In this document: piece after piece, positions 15,001 through 25,330 of the stretch
Position numbering within the stretch: position 1 is the first letter of the stretch
Layout of the letters: the number at the start of each line of letters is the position of its first letter
Assembly (NCBI GenBank): GCA_046563655.1
Contig: CM102290.1
Coordinates: 4,960,001-5,024,000 of the forward strand
From: Yuukianura sp. NJ FZ-2021
Lineage: Eukaryota
Direction of reading: 5' to 3'
Length of the DNA: 64,000 bases
Translations under genes and position numbers: made by a program
The notes under the pieces: generated by a model
What the model was told of the DNA's origin: nothing
The model's input: only the letters and a program-made list of their open reading frames with translations
Databases searched by the model: none

Positions 15001-17147
15001 TAGCATTTTCTTTTGTCGAGGAAAGGCATAGGAGAAAGTAGAAAAGTGAATTAAAAGTCCTTCAGTGCCAGAACTTTCAAAGAAATTTTCAAATTCATTT
15101 TGACAATGGAATCGATACTTGACAAAAGGAAAAGTGATTCTGGTACTAATCAAACGCACCTTTCACTCACCAATCCAATTACATGAGAATTCTTATTCAA
15201 ATCAAAATTTCAAAAATACAATTTCTAGAAAATTCAAGCAAAAAATTCAATCTTCTGTTTCCTATATGAATTTTGATTGTCAAAGAGAAAGTCAACAAAG
15301 AAAGATTTCAGCAAAAGTTATTCTATAAAATTTGTGTTTTACTTTATTTCATTTGTTTAGATTTCAACAGACACTGAAACCTTCGAAATTTTTTTCAGTT
15401 TCCCTAATTTGGCCCTTTTACTTTTCCTGTTGGCATTGCACAGTTTTCAGATGTGCTTGTGCCCTACTGGCGTATTTGAAGGGCTGGTTTCCGTTTAAAG
15501 TAAAAAGGTAATTTGATAGTTGTGTTTGTGGTAAAACTGAGAATGTGGCTAAACGGTCCCTACGTAGCCCTTCGTTTGAAGTAGAGCCCTTCACAATAAC
15601 TGGGAAAGGAACTTCTTGAATTGTGAATGTAAGTAGTTGTTAATAAACAAGTTTAGAGTCGATAATAGGCTTGATCGTCATCTTCCCTCGTTGAATAAGT
15701 TGTGACAAGACGTTAAAAGGGATTTAAAATTGAGAAAACCGATGGAACCAGAGTTCAAACAAAGGGCCCTTTCCAAGGAGGGGACCCTTGGCGTGTTGGA
15801 AGTGGTGGGGCAAAAACTGGACGGTTTCCATTGTGATAATTTTCGTGCCGGAAAAACTACACTGGCCCAAAGTTTACTATTGACATTGTTATTCAATGAC
15901 ATACGGGGGTTAGGGAGATTAGGATTGATTTCGGTCCATTGTTGTTCTTCGGAGCGACGATAGTTTCCTTTTGTTCGTTATTCTGAACGTGCAGAAAGTT
16001 AAAAACGGCTGCAGCACTTTCCCGCGGAAGGAATTGTTAGCAGAAAACGTTTTTTTAATTTTTAGAAATGATGCGTCCAACTTTTAAAAGAAATGTTTAG
16101 TGAAGATGTCTTTCCGTCGTGATCGTTGCGGGTACGGCGCATAACTCAGAGAACATGACATGTTGACAGGTCACACCGAAGGCTCCTGCGGGCTATTCTG
16201 GCGGGAACCCTTGAAAAAAAGAAGAGGGGAAGAAAATGGAGGGAAAGTTTGAAAGTGGAACCATTATCATTTGAATGGAGGGAGAAAAGGAGACTCCCGA
16301 AGCCCAAGAGTTAAGGCTGTTGACTTGAAAACCGGAAGTTAGGAATTGATGGTCGACACGCGCCAAGCTGAGTGCTCTATTCTGACCTTTAAGAGTGTAT
16401 TTTAGTCATTTTATTCTTGGCGGGCTTTTTGCAATTCAATATATTACTGCGTATCCTCTGGATCCCTCAAAGTAACCGAAGGAGGAAACAAGCTTGACTC
16501 CCGCCAGTGACGATGACGACGGTCCACCATTGTGGATTTCCTCTAAGCGACGACGGTGGGGGTGAAACACTTTGGTTGATGACATGCGACTCGAATTAGT
16601 ACAGTAACCATTATGCTAATTTTTCAACCTAACCAGGGCCCCTCTGGTGCGCGTAATCAATGTTATAGCTTTAGAAAACCCCGGTACCGAGATCATTCAC
16701 CGTGCCCAAGGTCAAAACAAGCCGACCAAGAAGTTGGCTGACCTTGACTTGAATGACGGCGTATCAGATGGCACATGGTTGAAGAACTCTTCAAATGCAC
16801 TGGAAAAGTAAAACTAGGCTATTAAAACTTGACAAAATTGAACAACGAAAGTTGTTGTTGTCAAATTGACGGGTAGCGTCCTTTTTGAGGTTCCTTTTGG
16901 AAACTAAATTTTTTAGAAAGTGCAGTGAGGAGTAAATGAGTGCAATTGTTATTCTACGTTAACTCAACTTTCCAAAAAGTAATTTCATTGAAACCAGCAG
17001 GAGCAAGCACTTTTGACCCAAAGTGACTTTTGCATTAAATTTTCTACAAGGGTGCCCTTCCCATAAATTTGATATGTCCGTTTTTTATTTCACTGCTCAA
17101 GATTTATCCGTGTAGAAAGATTGGTCCTGATTTGGCTCTTGGGAAAA

Positions 17148-17410
17148 TTAGTCGAACTGTCATAACGGAAGTGCTGCGACGGTTTAACGGGAAATATCGC
17201 TTGTCTCCGTTCTTCTGCCTACCCAAACCTAACCTTCCCCTGATCCCATCCATCCCCCTTCACCAAACCATAATTCATCCAGCCTCCATCCAGCCACTCT
17301 CCTTCCTCCACGACTTTCACTTCCTCTGCATTTTGGTTACCAAATTACTCATCCCATCAAACAAACGTCCCCCTCCAGCAGAAAAGTCCAAATGACTTCC
17401 AAACGTAAGT
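17148..17410 (+). promoter_or_regulatory. Candidate Inr/DPE-like core promoter and non-coding first exon of omb
   Basis: Inr TTAGTC at 17148-17153, G at +24 and CGACG at +28..+32 (4/5 DPE match). A C-rich leader-like tract follows, then donor GTAAGT at 17405. Confidence 0.33.
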
Positions 17411-20400
17411 TAAGTTACGGCTCAGTTAAGTGTAGCTAAGGAAGACGCAACGCTCCAGAACCTTCCAGAACTGTGGAATAGGCGCCGTCCAGAATTGATA
17501 TGTATTTGGACTGTGTGTGTCTCAACATTTGACACTGTAATCAATAGGCAGGTTTTAGTTTGCAACAAACCAAAAAAAAACTGAGCAGGACATGAGCACC
17601 AAACAGACACACTGAAAGTCCTCATGCACAAATCCGCAACTTCGAAAAGCGTTGTGAAAAAAAAGTATCGATTTCCAATGGTTTTCTCTGTTCCATTAAT
17701 TTTGTTGTTGTGAGATAGGAAATTGGGAATAGTTTTGGTCTTTTGTGTTGTTTCGAAAGGAGGAAAGAAGACCAGGCGAGTGATTTGGCTTGGGCTGTTT
17801 GCTGCCAAACAAACTGGGATATGGATGAATGCGTTTCAAAATGATGCCCAGTGCTTTCCCTATGTTTCGTTCTCAAACCTAACCTTTTCGTTGAGAATGT
17901 TGGCTGCGTTCCTTTCTCCAACCCGGCAGCCTCTTTGTTTACAATTCAATTCGTTCCGGTGGTCACTCAACTGAAAGTGACCGGATCCTCGGCTTTCGGA
18001 CTCAGAGAGGCCCATTGAAATCTAATGCTCAATTCATGAGGCCACTTTGGGGCCAAGGGGTCAAACAAAGGGATACTTCTAAGTGAGCTTAATAGCATTA
18101 AGGGCCCTCGCTTCACTTCAATAGGAATTAAACTTTTTCAAAAAAGAATTTTCGAGCGCTGCAGTGACAAGCAGTTGTCACTCTTGGCCTATCCAGCGTA
18201 TTCTAATTTCTACTTAGACCTAATGGATTCATTTCAAGTTCGGTGACCTTGGAGGTCAACCGTATAGCGAGCAAATTTCAGCTGCAATGTCACCAAAGGA
18301 AAGAATTTAATGGTACAAAATTTTGATCAAAATCTGTTGACTCGGTTTTTACGTTTTTGTTTCCTGCTAAATAAATATTTTACTCAATTGTATTTCGTAC
18401 AAAAGTGAATGAATTCTTAATTTTCGAAAATGTTGTAACGTTTTAAATTGTATAATGATGTTCTGGTCATAAAATTTTTAGTTCCTTTGAAAATCAACAC
18501 AACAAGAAACTTGATCCATCCCACAAAAAAAAAACGAAAGACTGCTATAGTTTTCAAAAATTGCACATTTCAAAAGCATGTTGAATCTTGATTAGAGTTG
18601 GAGGTTTGGGCCAATAAAGTTTTTTGAGTAAACTCTAGAAAGAATAATTAGTCAACTGGTGGTTATAAAATTCTTGTTTTTTTCTTCCTCTCTTCAGTTC
18701 AAAATTGCGTGGAATGTTGTAAACTGATCTTCCCAGGAACAAAGAGTGCAGATTCAAAGAGTAGATTTCGTGCGTCTATTGACATTGGTAAGCCAAAGGT
18801 GAAATGCTGTTGATTACATAATGATGATGCAGAAAGTTCCTTAAAACTGTTGACGGCTTTTCCTCACTCTGTGTTGCCTACACTATGCTATGCATCTGAA
18901 ACCCAAGAAGAAATTGTAGAGCCAAATCTTGATAGAGACCGCCCGTAAAGCTCACAGTCCCACTCCAAAGACCAATTAAATTAAATAGTAACGTGCTAAA
19001 ATCGGTCTTTGCCATGCACCGACCAAATTTGGACGAACCAAATTGCCCAAATATAGGCCCATACCGTCCAAGTGTTGGACAGCAAGGTTTCGCCTAGTGT
19101 TGAACTCAATAGCTTCATTCCCTGCTAGTTCAACATTCAACTTTTTTTTAAAGAAATTTTGAAAAAAGGAAACGTCGGATTGAAGCAGGAGGTTTTTGTT
19201 ATGGCGGCGATGACTAGCGCGGGAAGAGGAAGTTTCAAATTATCCCCTGCGAAAGTGGCCCATTCCATTTGAAGTGGAGATCTCATGATGATGTGTGGTA
19301 AAACAAATTACTTCCAGCAGCAGTAGGGAACTTTTGGTTTGGTGCTTGCTGTTTAGACGCTGATTGTTGGTGTAGATATGTCACTGGAGTTCAACATTAG
19401 GCCATAGTTGTAACCATTATTATTAAAATGGTGGTAACTTGGTAACGACGACGAGGGAGTAAACTGTCAAAGTGCTTGGGAAATTGTGGAGGGAGTAACT
19501 AAACCTAAACAATAAGGACGTTTCATCCCTAATCATCTTATGCCACACACACATGAATTGTTTGACACAAAATTTAAAAAAAGCTAGAGGAACAAAGGAA
19601 TAGGTTCTGTTGGCATGCAATGGCGTGACAATTCAAAACAAACACAAGGAACCTCCCCTTAAAGCCCGTCTTCCACAACCCGTCAACCATGCTTTCCTTA
19701 AATTTTATTGGAGACTGACGTAACCTATAAGTGCTTTTCCTCAAGTCAAATTACCGGCACTGTTGCGCTACAACTGGAGCATATAACTTTTCCTCAATAA
19801 CTTTCATGAGTGCACACATTTCAACCTAACTTTACCGAATATAACACCTAAACTATAACAAAGCCTCACCCTTACCTTGAATGTTTTGGAAAAAACCACT
19901 AGGATCAGAAAATTTCTGAGGTCAAAGGTCGAAATTATTGCAGAAACATTCAGTGAATACCGGCCAAGCTCATGTTTCATCGTTACCGTTAGTTATGCAG
20001 CAGCATTTAGGAAAAAGTGTTAACAAATTCTCAACTGAAAAAGTGACTGAAGGGGTTTAGCCACGTTCTTTGGCAAATAAAAATTCAAAAGTTCCCTGGT
20101 GTGCTCTTGAAACTTCCCGAAATGTGGAACGATGTTAGAAAGCAGTAGGGAAGCTGAATCGTCTCAACAGGGAAATTTTTAACAATGTCATCCAGAGTCC
20201 ATTTGAATTGGGATCTATTATTCCGTATTTTTTAAGTCGGAGACCAATTCATTGACATAGGATCCCTACGACTCTAATTCCAGGTGACGCAAAGGGCCCT
20301 TCACCTACAACCCTTGTCAATGAAATATAATTTTAGCCGAGCCTTCAAGTCCCCCCGCCCATAGTCACTCCCAATAAGCGTCATGGATCCATCCACCTCA

Positions 20401-21579
20401 GTAGTTCCACTTGGAAGTAATTTGTCAAGCCTCGTGTCACGTCCAGAACTACATATTCACCTTAGGTCGTCCATTCTTCATTACTTTCCTACCCTTTCGA
20501 GTTCAACAATCGACTTCCCCTGCTAGACCTTGTGAAAATTTTTAAACAAGAGTTGATGCCTACTTTTTTGAGTTGTGTATGTCACATGTCACGACAAGGT
20601 TTTTTTTTCAGTCGGAGAATCAAAATTTGAAAAGCCTATAAGGATTTTTAGACTTTTGGAAAAGCAAATGGATGGACTTGCGTGCCTAATTGCTTCAATT
20701 TCAGTCCAAAACCAAAATTGTTTTGTACAAAAGAAATGAATGATCTGGCGGATGTGGCATGTCACCGTTGCTGCGGACCAGAGAAAATTGGACCATGGGA
20801 AAATTTTTGAAAGAAACAAAGTAAGCGGATATGCTTTCACAAATGGAAGAGAACACAAATTCAGGGCGGAGGCATTTGGAAATTGTCAATTTGTCGATGT
20901 GGAATTGGATTGTACTTGAAACTTCAATCCAATTCAAAACGAATTTTCAGCTGTCCTGTGTATGGCATGTGTCGTGCTGCAAAAACTTAACCTGATAATA
21001 TCGATGCAACAGTTTTGATATAATATCTATATTTGATATAATAAATAATAGCATTTGATATAATAAATAAGAATAAAAAATAGGTGATTTTAATTCTGAA
21101 TCGGCCGTACAATTTACGTTATTGAGCGAATTGACGAGAAACGTAACTGCCAAGCGTATTGCTAACGCTGATACTTCTCAGAGTCGGCATTCGTCTGCCA
21201 GAAACAAAATGCTGGGATATGATTGGTTGAAACCAAGGGAGGCAGAGGAGGTTCTTTCAACCGGCGTGAGGCCAACTTGAAGGTTTTCTCTTCTGCTGCT
21301 TCCAGAAAACGGAGCCAAATACGAAAAATATGAAACGCAACAAACTAACTCCATCTGAAGTCGTTTAGGAGTAATGTGGCGTGAATTTTAAAATAGAAAT
21401 AACAATGGTTTATTTAAAACGTTCAGATAAATACAGTCGTAACCTAAATAAGGATGTACTAGTTTAAGCGTCTAATGAATTATTTGAGAGTTGCAGCTAC
21501 AAAAATTGCAAGTCGAAGGTCGTACATTATGCGTTCAGACGTACATTTAAAAATGTTTTGCGCCGTATGTGGTGAAATA

Positions 21580-21672
21580 TTGTAATTTATATTTATATTA
21601 TAGTATATGTTATATTTATTTATATTATATTATATTTACTGTTATAATTTGTTGTATAATTATTATTGTAAA
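21580..21672. repeat. AT-rich low-complexity (TATAT-type) tract
   Basis: Almost pure A/T sequence with repeated TTATATT units. Confidence 0.7.
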
Positions 21673-21740
21673 GTTTCAGAATTGGAAACAGTGATTCGAT
21701 TCCAAGCATTTCCTAAATAGGCAAAAGAGTCTACAAAATC

Positions 21741-22009
21741 GGTAGCACGCCATTGTATCAATTGAATTGTATCAACTGCCATTGGATCAACTGAATTGTG
21801 CCAACTAGAATTGTATCAACTGGTCAATTGTATCAACGACAAATTGTGTCAACGAGTGTAATGCTTAATTTAGCTTAGGTTAGGTTAGGTTACGTTGGTT
21901 GATACAAGTAGCCGTTGACACAATTGAGCGTTGATACAATTCAAATTGACACAGTTCAGTTGATGCAATGGCAGTTGATACAATTCAATTGACACAATGG
22001 CATGGAACC
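21741..22009. mobile_element. Foldback-type MITE with long modular TIRs, 8-bp TSD and central (TTAGG)3
   Basis: Arms 21741-21853 and 21898-22009 are inverted copies, each made of about seven 14-16 bp ATTGTRTCAAY units. Termini are GGT...ACC. Perfect flanking ACAAAATC at 21733-21740 and 22010-22017. Confidence 0.9.
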
Positions 22010-23234
22010 ACAAAATCATATAATGATGATTAAATAACTAATAAATAATATAATAAAGCGTTAATAACGAATATGATATAAACCATATAAAGCATTTTTA
22101 ATAATAAATATTAACAAGATTAAAATTACACACTGAAACAATTAGAATGTGTAAAATCAAATTCGTATCGATAAGGACACAAATCTCTCATTTGAGTGAG
22201 AGCGTCATTGAGAGCTCGCGAAATTGAGAAGGCTTTGTGTTATGGCGTCTCTTTACATTTTCAAAAAAGCCATCATCCTTTGTTGCCAGGGATGGACAAT
22301 GGATATTTTCTACTTAAATGGTAATTAAATTTGTTTTAAACTTAATTGCTGCGTTAATACAGTATCTTTGTATCTAGCATAGAATGAAACTAAACATTTT
22401 AACTTTCATTTGCCCTTATTAATCATCGTCCTAAGTGGATTTTGTTTGGTGAAACAAAGGAAGTGGACGGATGGCGGGAAGTGTTGCTGAAGAGACGAAG
22501 GGAGGTGAAGGTGCGCCCTTAGAAAATCAACACCTATAATCAGGTTGGTCAGAATTAACAACTGTAATCAACAGATTCCTCATCGTACTGCCTACAGATG
22601 ACTTGGGCCGTTTCATCCAGACAGGTAAGTCGTAACGTAGTTTGTAAAGATGAAGGATACCTACGCCGGACCACCAAGGAACCTCCGGATGAGGTACTCA
22701 AGGTAAAACAAACAGAGAGGCGGGTTGGGACGGGCCCTTAAGACATCATCTCTTACCCTGTAATGTCTGTATGACCAAATCAATTGCTCTCTTCATTTCC
22801 TTCTTTATATCCAGACATGAGTAACCGAGGAAACGATTAGACCAGGAATAAGACCAGACACACTTGACACAGGGAGTGTAACATTGAAAATGACATGTCC
22901 ACGATGGAGCAGGATGAGGATCGTCGGATGGACTTAGATGAAACGTATGAATCCTATATCAATAGCCATGCTGCATGTTTATGTTGCTTGTCTAGTCCAA
23001 AATGGATCGTAGAGCCTCAGTAGTTTAGTGTGGTCATAATAAAAAGGGCTCTTTTCTAAAATTATTAGGACTTTAATTTTAATTTCCATCATTTCCAAAA
23101 CCGGCTTGGCATGGCAGTAAAGCCAAAAATTTTGTTCTATGGTTAACTGCAACCTTCATAGAGCTAACCTAACCATAGAAATTTTTTCTTGAAAATTAAT
23201 TTGACTTTTATTGGGAACCAACAGGTTGGAAACT

Positions 23235-23831
23235 CTACAGCTTAAAGGATCTTCGCTTCCGAATTGAAATGATTGCATTTTCACTTGGCGCGACACATTT
23301 ACACATCCGCGTCCCAGAGTATGTCGTCTCCGTATCCGTCAGTGCGTATTCGTATTCCACCGTAAGGTGGGTCCCCTTACAATACTTGATGGAAGTTGCT
23401 TTCACTGTAGTGGACAATGAATGTAAAAGGTAAACACTAGAAGGTAGTGAAAATTGAGACATAGGAATAGTCCGATAATTTGTTTTGAACCGCAAATGCA
23501 GGGGCTGATTAGTGTTTGCTGTTGTAGATCGATTTGGTGGGACTACTAGTGTGGAGATGGGTGGGGCTGAAGCCATCTTCTCCATCATTATTTTGAATAT
23601 TCGTACACGGTTCCATGTCAGTGAAATGCTATCCACAGTAGCATACGACACATTCATAATAACCCAATACCCGTCATTACCGTTTACAGAATCCGCGCAG
23701 CCCAACAAATGACATATTTCCACATCAAGTTGCGTGATTCGACACCAATTATAAGTGAGTCTTTCGTCAAAACCTCCCTGGAAATCATGTAAGTGGAATT
23801 CAAAACTTTCCCTTGGGTATTTCGGGGTCAT
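23235..23831 (-). CDS. Intronless orphan ORF, 198 aa, unknown function
   Basis: True ATG start and balanced amino-acid composition. TATA-like TTATATAG at 23964-23957 on the - strand, and AATAAA at 23212-23207 just after the stop. No family recognised. Confidence 0.4.
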   Translation of the reverse strand: MTPKYPRESFEFHLHDFQGGFDERLTYNWCRITQLDVEICHLLGCADSVNGNDGYWVIMNVSYATVDSISLTWNRVRIFKIMMEKMASAPPISTLVVPPNRSTTANTNQPLHLRFKTNYRTIPMSQFSLPSSVYLLHSLSTTVKATSIKYCKGTHLTVEYEYALTDTETTYSGTRMCKCVAPSENAIISIRKRRSFKL

Positions 23832-24125
23832 GGTAAGCTAAAAGCTAGGGTAAAAGTAAGGGCAAGCTCGCTGAATTGTGTGACCCTTGGTTTCACGGGA
23901 ACCTCGCGAGTTCGAGGTCGGGAGCGCAGCTAATCATTTGAAGTAATTGGGTCTCGCTATATAAGACGGTAGCGATCAAAATACTGGCTAAATGTCTTCG
24001 ATATCTGACGATTTTAATGTGTTGTAAATCGTTGATAGCATAGGTACATATAATTACGTATTACGTAATAATAACAATACGTTACATGATTATAATTATT
24101 CAGAAAATTGTTGAAAATTAGTATG

Positions 24126-24276
24126 CTAAGCATGCCGTTAGTTCGAAATTGCATTGGTTCAACAGCTTAAATGGATCAAAAACATTATCCTCAATGGGCG
24201 TTTAGGTTAGGTTTTTGAACTAATTTTTGAACCAATTGTTTTTAACCAATTTAGTTGAACCAATGACATGAAACCC
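24126..24276. mobile_element. Degenerate foldback MITE related in architecture to 21741-22009
   Basis: Inverted arrays of TTGGTTCAA/TTGAACCAA units around a central TTAGGTTAGG. Right end ...CAATGACATGAAACC resembles ...CAATGGCATGGAACC of the 21741 element. No TSD recognised and the left end is approximate. Confidence 0.55.
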
Positions 24277-25330
24277 ATCAGGCAAGGCAGCAACGGGGAC
24301 GCTGTACAAATTACAATATAAATTAGGGCAATAGTCCCATTCAGTGTAAGCCAACGAATAAGTAGCGGTAGCGATCGTCGTACCATGCTGTCTAAAACGG
24401 AAATCTAAAGCTGCAATAGAAGTTGCGACATACCATATTCGTGGATACAATTGAGGGAATTTATCCTTATCTCAGCCTGTGTATTGCAAGCTGACGTAAA
24501 CGATAAAATTGGGATATCGACTTGACGTGCACTTTAAGGTGAGTGATTGTGCCCGCCAGTTATGTTTAGTCAGACAAACCTGACCTGCATATATAACCTG
24601 CAAAGTTACGTTGTAAAATTTGGATTTTTGGATTTTCCTCGTGCCATTTGTATATGTGGGTACAATCAGTCGCTCTAAAGCTTTTATCGACCAGTGTTGC
24701 AACGAGAACTACCCAGCTTCAATTTGATCAGTGTTGGTGGACGCTTAAACGTCCAGTGGCTTAATTGCCACTTCCAGTGGATATCCACTGGAAGAAACGC
24801 GCCCCAAATAGACGAAACTAAAAGCGGATGGAAGAAATCACAAATTTTGCGCGAAATTCAACTCAATTCAAATTTGAATTTACGAAATGAAATCAGAAAG
24901 CTTTACTTTCGCCATTGTAGTGAATATATTATTTAAAACGTATTCAAAAACCATATTTACATAGTTTTTGTACTGTGTTCTCATGTTTTTTAGTTTTTTG
25001 TTGTCAATTAATTCAAATTCGGAGGGCAAAGCTCCTCCCCTTTGGATTCATCCATTTCGTCCATTTCTTCCACTGGATATCCAGCCGTGGATGAAATGTC
25101 GAAAAAGTGGATATCCACCAACACTGAATTTGATGTTGTCAATTATAATGTTCTGGTCCAAGTCGAATAGCATTATAAGATTTTCATTTTAAGTAACTCC
25201 TAAAGTTCCTATTTTCGAACTGCATAAATCATGGGTATTAAGTGGCTCAAAAGTTCATGGAGTGACACGATAACAATTATAATAGAAAATGCCGACGACA
25301 AGAGTAACTGCATAAATGTTAATCCACACT
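24277..25330 (-). pseudogene. Disrupted reading frame of unknown origin, interrupted by MITEs
   Basis: ORFs 24472-24702 and 24220-24450 are in the same frame and separated by one TGA. After excising the MITE 24729-25126, a nearly open upstream frame (two stops, one frameshift) continues to about 25330. Confidence 0.3.
24729..25126. mobile_element. hAT-like MITE (398 bp)
   Basis: Perfect 13-bp TIR CAGTGTTGGTGGA/TCCACCAACACTG and perfect 8-bp TSD AATTTGAT (24721-24728, 25127-25134). Subterminal TGGATATCCA palindromes at both ends. Confidence 0.93.

Noticed and set aside
21875..21889. TTAGG repeats as a telomere or fusion site
   Set aside because: Only 2-3 units, here and at scattered sites, often within MITEs.
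21749..22000. Regular short repeats resembling a CRISPR array
   Set aside because: No unique spacers, the arms are inverted, a TSD is present, and the context is eukaryotic with no cas genes.
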